63,990 bases of DNA, filler included, from Octopus bimaculoides (GCF_001194135.2; 5 parts of 5 records of this genome joined end to end with filler, not necessarily neighbours in it), one strand, 5' to 3'; positions 22,301 to 35,065 are shown, numbered from the whole stretch's first letter. Made by a program: numbers and translations. The notes: a model not told the origin generated them from the sequence alone.

Positions 22301-22439
22301 TTGAGAGGGCCTGTCAAGCCAAGTGCACCCTTGCTGGTAGCATATAAAGAGCACCTTTTGTGTGTTGGACCTCACGGAGGCAAAGTGGCTGAGTTCCTTA
22401 TAAGTGTTGGGCCTCACAGAGGCAATGACTGTGACCTTT

Positions 22440-22742
22440 GGCATTATGTTGTGCTTGAGAAGAAAACCCATCAAGCTAAGCAAAATCACAATTGTGGTAG
22501 ATACCAGTGTCACACAAATTGGCACCTGTGCCGGCGGCATGTAAAAGCACCCTGGTGTCATGCAAATGGCACCTGTGATGGTGGAATCTGAAAGCACTCA
22601 TTACACTCTCAGAGTGGTTGGCATTAGGAAGGGCATCCAACCATAGAAAACCATTCCAAATCAGACTGGAGTCTGGTACAGCCTTCCAGTATGCCAGCCC
22701 ATGCCAGCATGGGTAACAGACGTTAAATGATGATGATGATGT
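22440..22742 (+). mobile_element. RTE 3'-tail copy
   Basis: Tail core and TGATGATGAT end. Confidence 0.7.
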
Positions 22743-23789
22743 TAGGATGCAGCTTTAGGTGATCTAAAATGGGATGAAGTGGTAAGGACTAATCTCAGGA
22801 GGTTGGACCTCATGGAGGAAATGACCATGGACTGGGATGTCTGGTGATATGAAGTTCTTGAGAAAACCCGCCCACATCAGCAAAACTGAGTTCTAGAAGT
22901 GCTGTGTAGAAAACCTCTCACACACTCTACCACAACAACCCAAACTACATCTCTACAGCCCTTCTCTTCCTCACAGTTCCGCTTCTTGTACTATGATTAC
23001 CTCCCACTCCTCAATCTTGTCCTCTTGGCCTGATGCCACTGTATCATTGCTCTCTGTTTGGCCCCAACCTGTGCATTCTACCCACATGCCTTGTCTCGCT
23101 CTATTATTGCCGTCTGCTAGCCCCCGGCCTGGGTGTTCCACCCACACATCACAAGAAAACTTTTCCCTCACCCTACCCCAACAAACCAATCTACATCTCT
23201 TTCTTGCATTTCCTCCCTCATTCACAAAGCCTAGCTCTCATCCCTTGCCTAGCCCTCACTCCCCAATCCTGTCCTCACACCCCTGTTCTTCTGCATCATT
23301 GCTACCCAGTAGCTCCTCCAACTCTATATATACCCAAGTCTCTCACCACTTACTTGCACTCTTTAATCGCACTCCCTTCGCAATATCCTGTCACTTATAT
23401 TATGGTATTTGAACCTCAAGGGTATGCCCTGGCTCTTGCCACTATCTATATCTCTCTCTTCCTTTACTCAACCATTTCATTTATATTCTGATCCCCATTC
23501 CTTGTGAGTATGCCTGGCATTTTGCCACCATCTCCATCCTGCGGTTCCCCCCCTCTCTCTCTCTCACCTTCTCCTGCACTTCCTTCAGGTTGGGCAACTG
23601 TGTATTTTCTTTGTGGTAGCACACCTGTCCCTGTCTTCATTCCTGATCTTTCTCTCTCCGGCCAGGTAACCTTGTACTTCCTCTACAGCAAGACACCTGT
23701 ATCTGTCTCACTATTGTCATTTCATCATCACCTCCTCCAATGCCTCCGCCACTCTTAAAAGTTTTGTCATGTAAGTACTTGGTGACCCT

Positions 23790-24062
23790 GTCAGTATAGG
23801 TCCCACTTGAAAGCACCCAGTCCACACTGTAAAGTGGTTGAAGTTTGGAAGGGCATCCAGCTGTAAAAACCTTGCCAAATCTGAACTCACCTGTGCTTGT
23901 GCCATGTAAAAAGCATGAGTGGTTGGTGTTAGGAAGGGCATCTAGCTGTAAAAATCCTCTCAAAACAGACACAGAATCTTGGTGCAGGCTTTGGCCTGCC
24001 CAGCTTTTGTGGTACTGTCCCACCCATGCTAGCATGGAGCATGGACGTTAAGTGATGATGAT
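23790..24062 (+). mobile_element. RTE 3'-tail copy, tail-to-tail with the next element
   Basis: Ends GGACGTTAAGTGATGATG about 15 bp before an oppositely oriented tail. Confidence 0.7.
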
Positions 24063-24074
24063 ATATATACACAC

Positions 24075-25257
24075 ACATCATCATCATCATCGTTTAACGT
24101 CCGCTTTCCATGCTAGCATGGGTTGGACGATTTGACTGAGGACTGGTGAAACCGGATGGCAACACCAGGCTCCAATCTAATTTGGCAGAGTTTCTACAGC
24201 TGGATGCCCTTCCTAATGCCAACCACTCAGAGAGTGTAGTGGGTGCTTTTACGTGTCACCCGCACGAAAACGGCCACGCTCGAAATGGTGTCTTTTATGT
24301 GCCACCCGCACAAGCCAGTCCAGGGGCACTGGCAACGATCTCACTCGAAAATCCTACGGGAGCCAGTCAGGCGGTACTGGCAACNNNNNNNNNNNNNNNN
24401 NNNNNNNNNNNNNNNNNNNNNNNNNNNNNNNNNNNNNNNNNNNNNNNNNNNNNNNNNNNNNNNNNNNNNNNNNNNNNNNNNNNNNNNNNNNNNNNNNNNN
24501 NNNNNNNNNNNNNNNNNNNNNNNNNNNNNNNNNNNNNNNNNNNNNNNNNNNNNNNNNNNNNNNNNNNNNNNNNNNNNNNNNNNNNNNNNNNNNNNNNNNN
24601 NNNNNNNNNNNNNNNNNNNNNNNNNNNNNNNNNNNNNNNNNNNNNNNNNNNNNNNNNNNNNNNNNNNNNNNNNNNNNNNNNNNNNNNNNNNNNNNNNNNN
24701 NNNNNNNNNNNNNNNNNNNNNNNNNNNNNNNNNNNNNNNNNNNNNNNNNNNNNNNNNNNNNNNNNNNNNNNNNNNNNNNNNNNNNNNNNNNNNNNNNNNN
24801 NNNNNNNNNNNNNNNNNNNNNNNNNNNNNNNNNNNNNNNNNNNNNNNNNNNNNNNNNNNNNNNNNNNNNNNNNNNNNNNNNNNNNNNNNNNNNNNNNNNN
24901 NNNNNNNNNNNNATGGCTGTTCGTACGCATGCGTCATACAGTCTGCCTTTTACTCTGAGTGAGAGTCCCTTTGTCGCCAGCAGGGGTAAGAGCTCTCTAA
25001 ACTTTGCCCAGGCTATTCTTATTCTAGCAGCTACACTTTCAGCGCACCCACCCCCACTACTAACTTGGTCGCCCAGATAGCGGAAGCTATCGACTACCTC
25101 TAGTTTTTCACCCTGGAATGAGATAGAAGTTGTTTCCTGTTTGTTTACAGTCTTTATTGCACCTGAACATCTGCCACAAACAAAAACTAACTTGCTAGTT
25201 AACCTGCCTTTGATGTTGCTGCACCTCTTATGTGTCCATAGCTTGCACCGGGCACAT
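24075..25257 (-). mobile_element. RTE LINE copy spanning an N gap; PHD and RT C-terminal part in frame
   Basis: CARCKLWTHKRCSNIKGRLTSKLVFVCGRC...EKLEVVDSFRYLGDQVSSGGGC...AWAKFRELLPLLATKGLSLRVKGRLYDACVRT, plus the tail at 24075-24384. Confidence 0.88.
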
Positions 25258-25541
25258 ATAGATAGATATGCATATATATGGATATAAGTGTATATGTATT
25301 TGTGTGTCCTTGTCTTGACATCTCAAGATAGTTGTAAATGAGTGTCACTGTTATACAAGCAGTGTCATTCATTTCCAATAGTCTTCTGTGAAAATCTGTC
25401 TGGCCTTGGGGAAAATATTATCTTGCCTGGAAACAAGTGAGGGCTGGTGACAGGAAAGGCATCTGGCCACAGAAAATCTACCACAATAAACTGTCTGAGC
25501 CATGTAAGCATGGAAAAGTGGACGTCAAAATGTTGATAGTG

Positions 25542-25572
<31 letters not shown>

Positions 25573-25664
25573 TGTACGTACAGGTATGTATGTATTCTTT
25601 GTGTGTGTGTGTATACACACACACACACACATATATACATGTATATATGCACATATATATATAT

Positions 25665-25858
25665 GGGAGAATATACAAATAATAACAACAGACGAGGACA
25701 GGTGGTGTAAATAACAAAAGTATATATTAGTATGACGCTCGGGAATACGGAAAGTCTTTGACGTTTTGAGCTACGCTCTTCAACAGAAAGAATACGGAGA
25801 CAAGGAGAAAAACATGGAGAAAAAAAATTGAATAGTGTTCAGTCAACGGTCAATCATA
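25665..25858 (+). repeat. Dispersed repeat starting right after (TA)n; further copies at 27760-27790 and 29367-29561
   Basis: GGGAGAAT.TAC.AA...AACAACAGACGAGGACAGGTGGTGTAAA...GAGCTACGCTCTTCAACAGAAAG, highly similar between copies. Confidence 0.8.
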
Positions 25859-25977
25859 ATAATGGCCGATCATAACAATGGCTGACCGGAAGTTAGAAAT
25901 TCTTATTTCAGGAGAGCTAAGAAAGGGGGAGATAACAAACGGTGATCGGGAATGAGGGGCTGTGTGTGGGAGGTAGA

Positions 25978-26077
25978 NNNNNNNNNNNNNNNNNNNNNNN
26001 NNNNNNNNNNNNNNNNNNNNNTTAATTAATTAANNNNNNNNNNNNNNNNNNNNNNNNNNNNNNNNNNNNNNNNNNNN
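25978..26077. other. Artificial scaffold spacer 44N-TTAATTAATTAA-44N; also at 33506-33605, 52544-52643 and 56555-56654
   Basis: Identical 100-bp geometry four times; the 12-mer is palindromic and has stop codons in all six frames. Confidence 0.92.
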
Positions 26078-26563
26078 TGTATGTGTGTGCGTGTGTGCGT
26101 TGTGCGCGTATGTGCGTGCGTGTGTGCATGTGTGTGTATGTGTATGTATACATGGTATAATATACGACATGTTACAGACACAGGCATAGTGCTATTGTTA
26201 CGAACGACACTTCGCAGCCAGTGCACGGGTTGGAGAGCGAGTGACTTTCGCTGCGGCCTCGGTTTGACCATTTATTGAGTGAGATTTATTATATACGGGA
26301 ACAACATGCGCGTGTGTGCGTGTACCTGTGTGTGTGTGCGTCTACCTGTGTGTGTGTGCGTGCGTGTGTGCGCGCGTGTTATTTGTCTGTATTTTTGTGT
26401 GTGCATGTGTGTATGTATGTGCGCACGTTTGTATATCTGTGCGCATATGTGTATTTATCTGTATGTGTGTCAGTCTGTATGTATGTATGTATTTATGTAT
26501 GTGTACCAACATTCATCATACATACTTTCATACAAACACATATAAAGAGAGAAAGTGAAAGTA

Positions 26564-26712
26564 TTGGGTTGTCCGGAAAGTTCGTGCCGATTTATAAAGG
26601 AAAGAAAAAAGTCAATAAATACTTGCCATTACATTTTTAATCAACCAAATATGAACCATTTTGTTGCACAATGCGTCTCCATCTTTCCTTTAACTTGAAA
26701 ATACCCTCTTCC
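26564..26712 (-). mobile_element. Mariner 3' end with TIR
   Basis: TA|TTGGGTTGTCCGGAAAGTTCGTGCCGATTT; the minus strand encodes EEGIFKLKERWRRIVQQNGSYLVD* (stop at 26639-26637). Confidence 0.85.
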
Positions 26713-26763
26713 CTTCTATCACTGTGATATATCTATCTACCAGACTATCTATCTATCTATCTA

Positions 26764-26812
<49 letters not shown>

Positions 26813-26894
26813 TTGTCTGTCTGTCAGAATGTACGTCTTTCTTTCTGTCAAATTGTCTATTTATGCATCTACCTGTCATTATCAATGTGATACA

Positions 26895-26927
<33 letters not shown>

Positions 26928-27693
26928 CCTTCCTGCCTGCCTACCTACCTACCTACCTATTTACCAATCAGTCTATGTCGTGTATCTCNNNNNNNNNNNN
27001 NNNNNNNNNNNNNNNNNNNNNNNNNNNNNNNNNNNNNNNNNNNNNNNNNNNNNNNNNNNNNNNNNNNNNNNNNNNNNNNNNNNNNNNNNNNNNNNNNNNN
27101 NNNNNNNNNNNNNNNNNNNNNNNNNNNNNNNNNNNNNNNNNNNNNNNNNNNNNNNNNNNNNNNNNNNNNNNNNNNNNNNNNNNNNNNNNNNNNNNNNNNN
27201 NNNNNNNNNNNNNNNNNNNNNNNNNNNNNNNNNNNNNNNNNNNNNNNNNNNNNNNNNNNNNNNNNNNNNNNNNNNNNNNNNNNNNNNNNNNNNNNNNNNN
27301 NNNNNNNNNNNNNNNNNNNNNNNNNNNNNNNNNNNNNNNNNNNNNNNNNNNNNNNNNNNNNNNNNNNNNNNNNNNNNNNNNNNNNNNNNNNNNNNNNNNN
27401 NNNNNNNNNNNNNNNNNNNNNNNNNNNNNNNNNNNNNNNNNNNNNNNNNNNNNNNNNNNNNNNNNNNNNNNNNNNNNNNNNNNNNNNNNNNNNNNNNNNN
27501 NNNNNNNNNNNNNNNNNNNNNNNNNNNNNNNNNNNNNNNNNNNNNNNNNNNNNNNNNNNNNNNNNNNNNNNNNNNNNNNNNNNNTATATATATATATATA
27601 TGTATGTATATATATATACATACATATATATACATATATGCATATATGTTTGCGTATATGACTTTGTGATTATAGATGTGTGTATGCATTTAT

Positions 27694-27724
<31 letters not shown>

Positions 27725-28419
27725 TTATATATTATATATATGTATACGTGTATATATATGGGAGAATATACAAAAAATAACAACAGACGAGCAATAAGAA
27801 AATGGAAGAGAATATGTGGTACTCATCAACTTGCAGACATTGTATTATGTCAATTTGCCTGTTTACAAGACAATAAAAACAATATACAAACACATATGAC
27901 ATATTATGTCATGTCAGTAATTATCCAGATATTATNNNNNNNNNNACAATAAAAACAATATACAAACACATATGACATATTATGTCATGTCAGTAATTAT
28001 CCAGATATTATCCCTTACTGGGTTGGATTCACAACCCTTAACTTTCTTGGATTATATATATATATATATACACACACATACCTTTATCTATCCGTTTATA
28101 TATACATACATGCATGCATACATACATACATACATACATACATACATACATACATACATACATGCTAAAACACACACACGGTCATATACACAGTTGGAGG
28201 TCATTCGCACAATTGCATAACCTTGTCTTTCAAAATATTTGCAATTAACCGAATTCGCATTCATTCATATGGCACCGATGAGTTTTCTCCATTTCTCACG
28301 ATCTTTGGCAAGGAATTGCAGTTGTCCTGAAGTGTAGCCGCCTGCAAATGCCTCAGTTTTTATGGAATTCGTACATGCTGTTTTCGGTTCGCCACGCTTT
28401 GGTCGGGCCACATGTTCAA

Positions 28420-28960
28420 CATCGGAAGCCAAAAATCAGAAGAGTGCATGCAGCTAACGATGTCAGTTTCACAATCAGAGAAGATAAAAGTGAAGATGCC
28501 AGTTCGTTTCACACACCGAGGAAGCGTCGTCCATATGGAGGGCTGCACATATCAGGACATAAAAAAAACAAAAACAAGTATTGAGAAAATCGTAGCTGTC
28601 TTTCAGGACACTCAAACTCGCCCGGAGATCACAGACCATGTCGGAAAATACAAAACTCAGTATCTTTAACACGAACGTGGAGACGGTTCTGCTGTACACC
28701 GGAAAAAAACAAGGTGAGTCAGTAATTTCCCCATCAATAAAACTACTAGCTTTTGTGCAAGTAGATGTTTCCAGAACATCCTTCGGGTGAGATGGCAAAA
28801 CAGACTCACAAACAACGCCTTGTGAAAACTGGTGAACCAGCAATCTAACCGATCGAAGCCAACCAACGTTAAGAGGAGGAGACGGCATTGGTTGGGACAC
28901 ACTCAACGGAAACTCGTTTCCAACATTACAACATGGACATCCAAAGCGAGTTGGAAGTGA
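28420..28960 (+). mobile_element. RTE-clade LINE ORF2 C-terminal fragment
   Basis: FTHRGSVV..GCTYQDIK, IFNTNVETVLLY, RCFQNILRVRW, RRRHWLGHTQRK; frameshifted. Confidence 0.75.
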
Positions 28961-28988
28961 ATTCTCATTGCTGGTGATAAATTACAAG

Positions 28989-29029
<41 letters not shown>

Positions 29030-29562
29030 NNNNNNNNNNNNNNNNNNNNNNNNNNNNNNNNNNNNNNNNNNNNNNNNNNNNNNNNNNNNNNNNNNNNNNN
29101 NNNNNNNNNNNNNNNNNNNNNNNNNNNNNNNNNNNNNNNNNNNNNNNNNNNNNNNNNNNNNNNNNNNNNNNNNNNNNNNNNNNNNNNNNNNNNNNNNNNN
29201 NNNNNNNNNNNNNNNNNNNNNNNNNNNNNNNNNNNNNNNNNNNNNNNNNNNNNNNNNNNNNNNNNNNNNNNNNNNNNNNNNNNNNNNNNNNNNNNNNNNN
29301 NNNNNNNNNNNNNNNNNNNNNNNNNNNNNNNNNNNNNNNNNNNNNNNNNNNNNNNTATATATATATGGGAGAATGTACGAAAAGACAACAACAGACGAGG
29401 ACAGGTGGTGTAAACAACAAAAGATGTATTAGTATGACGCTCGGGAATACGGAAAGTCTTTAACGTTTCGAGCTACGCTCTTCAACAGAAAGAATACGGA
29501 GACAAGGAGAGAAACACGGAGAAAAAAAAATTGAATAGTGTTCGGTCAACGGTCAATCATAG

Positions 29563-29602
<40 letters not shown>

Positions 29603-29760
29603 ATAGAGAGCAGTCGCCCTTCTTTATTCCATAACGGCTACCTCTGATGAACACTGGGTTACAAAATTTGTCTGTTATCTAACACTCCGACGAACCCCTA
29701 CTGCGAAACTGATTGGCAAGATCGGCCATAATGGATTCGATTGATACACACATTTATATT

Positions 29761-29989
29761 CAGGGTTGGCCAAAAGTCACCTGACAGTAAATCAAGACCA
29801 TTTAATTCCAAGATTTATTTATGTTAAACAACTGAATAAATTTAATAAAAGCGTCTAAATATGAAACATCATGAAAATTGTTCAAACTGAAGTCCTTGAG
29901 CGAAACATTTTTCATTTGAGTCAATACAGAATTACAGATGATATTTATGGAATTTCGATTTACTGTCGGGTGACTTTTGGCCAACTCCG
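29761..29989. mobile_element. Tc1/mariner-type MITE
   Basis: 33-bp TIRs CAGGGTTGGCCAAAAGTCACCTGACAGTAAATC (30/33 match); TA on the right flank. Confidence 0.82.
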
Positions 29990-30009
29990 TATATAACGAT
30001 TTAGGCTGT

Positions 30010-30222
30010 GTGCTGGCTGAGTTGTTAGTACGTCGGACAAAATACTTACCGCTATTTCGTCCGTCTTTATGTATTGAGTTCAAATTCTGTCGAGGTCGAC
30101 TTTGCTTTTCATCCTTTCGGATTCAATAAAATAAGTACCAGTCGAGCACTGGGGGTTGATGTAATCGACTTACCCCCGGCCCCGAAATTGCTGGCCTTGT
30201 GCCAAAGTTTGAAACCAATACA
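30010..30222 (+). mobile_element. Deu/Nin-like tRNA SINE
   Basis: Same core GAGGTCGACTTTGCTTTTCATCCTTTCGG...AAGTACCAG. Confidence 0.7.
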
Positions 30223-31214
30223 TAAGTAACGATTCTTCTAGCTCGCAGCCTTCACCGTCCTAAATGATATTTTCTAAACTAGAGGTTATGTCTCAAGCTA
30301 CTGCTATCTAGCACCTTCGGATGATCTCTACTCAACCGCTACACGGCAGCTACTCAACAGCTATTTAACTGTCAGTCCACTGGCAGTCCACTCCGACCAC
30401 GGTCAGACTACCTCTATTTATATGTCTTGGTCGAGCCTACTTCTTCGCTTGGGGGCGTCGACACAACACTAGCAACAATGCAATTTTGGCGGGAAGGAAA
30501 TTTCACTTATATATGGTATTTTATCTTATCAACCTCCGGAAAGAATGAAAGGCAAAACTTATCACAAAAAATTAGTTTTCAATTTGGAAAAATAAAACAC
30601 CGGAATAAATGCCAGCGATTTTACCAATCAACCAGACTGAAAACTGTCGCCAGTGACGAAAGTAACAAAATGGTGTCGATTCAACAATTGATTCAAGACT
30701 ATCTTTTTTTACTAGTTTTATTCACAATGGTGATTTATTTATTGAATAATGCTATTACACAATAAATATAAAATAAGATAAAATTACACTGGAATCTGAA
30801 CTGTGATAATCTTTAATTGGTTCACTTGGTAAGAGTAATTTGAAGACATCTGACACATTAGTCATTGGTTGTTTGTAAACATGAACTACAGACGGCTGTC
30901 GTTTTAGCTCATCGTTGAAAACGGAATCCTCCAGAATAGCTATTTTGATAGAAAATCAATCCAGATACTTGAAAACCTCATTGTAGGTGAAATACAAATG
31001 TAAATAGATTCTTTTTGTGCTACTAAAGTGCAGAAAATGATGGAAAGAGTTTCTTGACAGACTGCTTCACCTTTTGTTGTATGCTTCTCAGTGAAGACTT
31101 ACCAAGCTTCCTTCTAAAATCAAAAGTACAGATCTACTTCTAAATTAAAAAAGGCCATAAATTAAGCTAGATCCATGGTGGATAGCTTAATTTGCATACT
31201 TGTGCATTTGGTGG

Positions 31215-31592
31215 TTTGTCATTAATTGTTGGCACTCCGTCGCGGGTTCCAGTTGATCCGATGAACGGAACAGCCTGCTCGTGAAATTAACGTGCAAGTG
31301 GCTGAACACTCCACAGACACGTGTACCCTTAACGTAGTTCTCGGGGATATTTAGCGTGACACAGTGTGACAAGGCTGACCCTTTGAATTACAGGCACAAC
31401 AGAAACAGGAAGTAAGAGAAAGTTGTGGTGAAAGAGTACAGCAGGGTTCGCCACCATCCCCTGCCGGAGCCTCGTGGAACTTTTAGGTGTTTTCGCTCAA
31501 TAAACACTCAGAACGCCCGGTCTGGGAATCGAAACCGCGATCCTATGACCGCGAGTCCGCTGCCCTGACCACTGGGCCATTGCGCCTCCACT
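31215..31592 (-). mobile_element. tRNA-derived SINE (third family); related copies at about 53780-54010 and 55075-55400
   Basis: GGGTTCCAGTTGATCCGAT.AACGGAACAGCCTGCTCGTGAAATTAACGTGCAAGTGGCTG...; tRNA-like head GGGAATCGAAACC at the right end. Confidence 0.7.
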
Positions 31593-32841
31593 GTCATTAA
31601 TTAAGCAATATCTATAACACAGCATAAATCGTCGCGTGCCGGCGTCGTTGGCCGGCCGGTTTGGCGTCGGCATTTTGGGCGCGTTTGCAACAATGAAAAA
31701 ATCGCCACTTCCTTAGTTTTTGCACAGCGCCATGAATCGTCGGGCGAACGGACGAACGGTCAAACTGTCTCACAGCGTTCGAGTATTTGAATACTTGTGT
31801 GTGTATGTGGGGGGTTATGTTGATCAGCTATTGTCACATGTAGAAGGGATCCAGAGCTATGAGCCGCACTTTTCATGAAGATCACTGCACCATCTCCCTT
31901 TAACTGGGAATGGCAAGCAATTCTTCTTTTTTTTAGTGCTCTAGCGGTTTGCACTGATTTGATCTATGGTTGGTAATCTGGTGGACAAAAGCGAAATGAC
32001 CGAGGACCGACAATTTCCTCTTTGGTTAAGTACATACTCAAGTACTACTTAAAGAGATAGTAAGGGTGGGAAACAAGTACTAGAAATATGAGTAAATATG
32101 GAAATAATACTTAGATGTTCGATGGTCCCATGTCTCGACACTGAATATGAGAAGACCAGTTCTGAATTCCCTGATTGCCCGAAAACTTGTAGCAGAAATA
32201 TGACTCCAGATACAACAATAATAACAACGCCGCCCAGCTTGTCTGTATGTATGTATGTATGTATGTGTGTGTGTGTGTGTAAGTGTGTATGTATGGTTGT
32301 ATGTATGTATGTGCGTATGTCTATAAATGTATATATGTAAGAATATATGTATACATGTATGTATTATGTATGTATGTATGAATGCATGTATGTATGTGTG
32401 TGAATCTATGTATGTGTGCATGTGTGTATGTACATATGTGTGTATGTATGTATGTATGTATGTATGTGTGTGTGTAAGTGTGTATGTGTATGTATGGTTG
32501 TATGTATGTATGTGCGTATGTCTATAAATGTATATATGTAAGAATATATGTATATATGCATGTATGTATGTATGTATGTATGTGTATGCTTATGAGGGTG
32601 TGTATGTATGTGTGTGTATGCTTATGAGGGTGTGTATGTATGTATGTATGTATCTATGTATGTATCTATGTATGTGTGTTTGTGTTAAGCTTAATTGTGT
32701 TTATCTGCAGCACTACCTCAATATCAGCTGACCTTGAATTTTTTATTATAGCCACTGAGCAAGCGTCGGGCTTACAGTCGTAAGGTTGTGAGTTCAATTC
32801 CTGGACCGGGCTGTGTGTTGTGTTCTTGAGCAAGGAGGGGG

Positions 32842-33092
32842 ATCGACACTTTTGAGAGAGCACGTATCCAGCATGAAGAACTTAAGCGAGCTGCGCGAAA
32901 GCGCACGGCTCGTATAGTGAATGGGGAAAGCTTGGTCTGCAATGTTTGCAGTCCTGTGTGCTTGTCAAGAACAGGGCTCATTAGCCACCAACGGCGCCGC
33001 AAATGCAAAATATAAGTTAGTCCTAGAGCGCACAATGTTCCTGAAGGTCGGCAATGGTCTTTCTCGGTCACGAGTGGATGGCCATCATCATC
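32842..33092 (+). mobile_element. RTE LINE 3' end with an intact C-terminal zinc finger
   Basis: IDTFERARIQHEELKRAARK...CNVCSPVCLSRTGLISHQRRRKCKI* (stop at 33013-33015), then GGATGGCCATCATCATC. Confidence 0.82.
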
Positions 33093-33605
33093 ACGTATGT
33101 ATGTATGTATGTATGTATGTTTTTATGTATGTGTGTATGTATGTATGTATGTATGTATGTATGCATGTATGTATGTAAGCAGATTTGTATGCTTTGCTTT
33201 ATGTATGTATTCTCTTGCATATACTTGTATGACCAGACATGCTCATGTATACTTAAATGATACAATTCTGGAAAGTTTTACAGATTTTTACAGTTCCAGT
33301 GATGGCTTGGATCTGCAGTCTTCGAATTAGCATCTGGTTTTGAGAAGACTAATTTCTCAAGACTGGTATTTAGGCAATGTGTATGTATGTATGCATGTAT
33401 GTATGTATGTACATACGTACGTACGTATGTATGTATGTATGTATGTATGTATGCATGGATGTATTTATATGTATACCCACGACTAAACCTTTATAAATAT
33501 ATATANNNNNNNNNNNNNNNNNNNNNNNNNNNNNNNNNNNNNNNNNNNNTTAATTAATTAANNNNNNNNNNNNNNNNNNNNNNNNNNNNNNNNNNNNNNN
33601 NNNNN

Positions 33606-33646
<41 letters not shown>

Positions 33647-34084
33647 AATGAAAAGAAGAGGACAAAAAATTCTTTAACACATCTTTGATTATAAATTATA
33701 CATGTTTTCGTTCCATCTCCATTTGTAATGCCAGTTTATGCGAAAATTCTAAGAGAAAAATTACGTAATATACGCGGTTTTAGTACATACATGTGTATAT
33801 TTATATACACACACACACACACACACAAACACACGCACATATCAAAAGGATGTGTTATAATACTATTCCACAACCAATTACGACTACAGTTCTTCTGATA
33901 GGCTTCTGCACAGTTTTCACCCAGCCAGTTTCATTCATAAGATGGTCGACTCAAGTCTAATGTATACAAGACTCAGAATACTGAAGTACAATATTATTAT
34001 AATAATGCAGAACTTTTATCTCAGTGCTCTACTTATCCAACATTCGGTCGACATACAAGTCAATGCCTGATGATTAGTCATGCT

Positions 34085-34375
34085 TATATCGTATATAACC
34101 ACCAGGCGCATGGCCGAGTGGTTAGGGTGTTTCAACTCCTAGACCGGGTGGTGCGTTGTATTCTTCATCAAAACACTTCATATCACGTTACTCTGCGATC
34201 ACTTCGACACCTGACACGTGGTACACTGTGCACCTGTTCAGACAACTTTGATTTCATGGAGAGAGAGTGAGCTTATATGCGGCACGAATATTTGATCACA
34301 ATAAACAAATCATTTGCACAGGTCGTTCGGTAAAAGCTGAACACTCATACGTCATCTTGGACGAGAGAATTCAAT
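34085..34375 (+). mobile_element. tRNA-derived SINE (fourth type)
   Basis: GGCGCATGGCCGAGTGGTTAGGGTGTT...CAACTCCTAGACCGGG head followed by a unique body. Confidence 0.55.
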
Positions 34376-34954
34376 GCACGGATATATTTTTTCTCTTATT
34401 TACTTAGTGGGTCTAGAGGAAGGAACAGCACCCGTGTTCTTCGTAGACTCTCCTAGATCGGTGAGATCAATGTCTTTAATGTTTCTCTTGGACTTTTGTA
34501 GGCCAATATCTTTGAGTAAGACCTGAACAAGGAGCAGTCTTACTATCGATAGTAGTATTTGACTGATACGTTAGTTTATCGACCCCCACGGGATGAAAAG
34601 CGAAATTGGTTTCGGCGTGATTCGAACTCACAACCTTCAGAAGCAGAAAAAATACCGCAATTAGTTTGTCTGACGTTCTAACGATTGTGCAGATTCAATG
34701 TATGTCTTTTAAAGACGGTTATGTATGGTTTGATGAACTTTTAATTGCCCTTTTTGGCAGCTCGTCGATAAAGAAGCTTCATATAAGATTAAGTATGTTG
34801 GAGAGCTGTAAGTATAAAAGGTACACAATCTGTCAGCATAACCATTTAGAAACACGACATCTTTCACTTTCGAATTAAAACAACTTAAATTCAAGTTGAT
34901 ATAAGTGGATTTCAAATGAATACAATCACTCTCTAATTAAAACAACTGAACTAT

Positions 34955-35065
34955 AATTTAAATTTTATGAACTTTAATTTAAATTTTATGAACTTTAGTT
35001 TAGATTATATGACTTTCATTTAAAATTAATGAATATCAATTAAAAATTTATGGAAGTCAATTTAT
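34955..35065. repeat. 21-bp AT-rich minisatellite, about 5 copies
   Basis: AATTTAAATTTTATGAACTTT twice perfect, then decaying copies. Confidence 0.75.

Noticed and set aside
26022-26033. TTAATTAATTAA islands inside N runs (also 33550, 52588, 56599)
   Set aside because: Identical 44N+12+44N geometry and six-frame stops mark a synthetic scaffolding spacer, not biology.
27870-28010. 65-bp exact direct repeat on both sides of a 10-N gap
   Set aside because: Typical unmerged contig overlap.
24146-29432. Long ORFs of 150-325 aa in the track
   Set aside because: They consist mostly of X from N gaps plus microsatellite translations. The same applies at 5629-6201 and 44926-45677.
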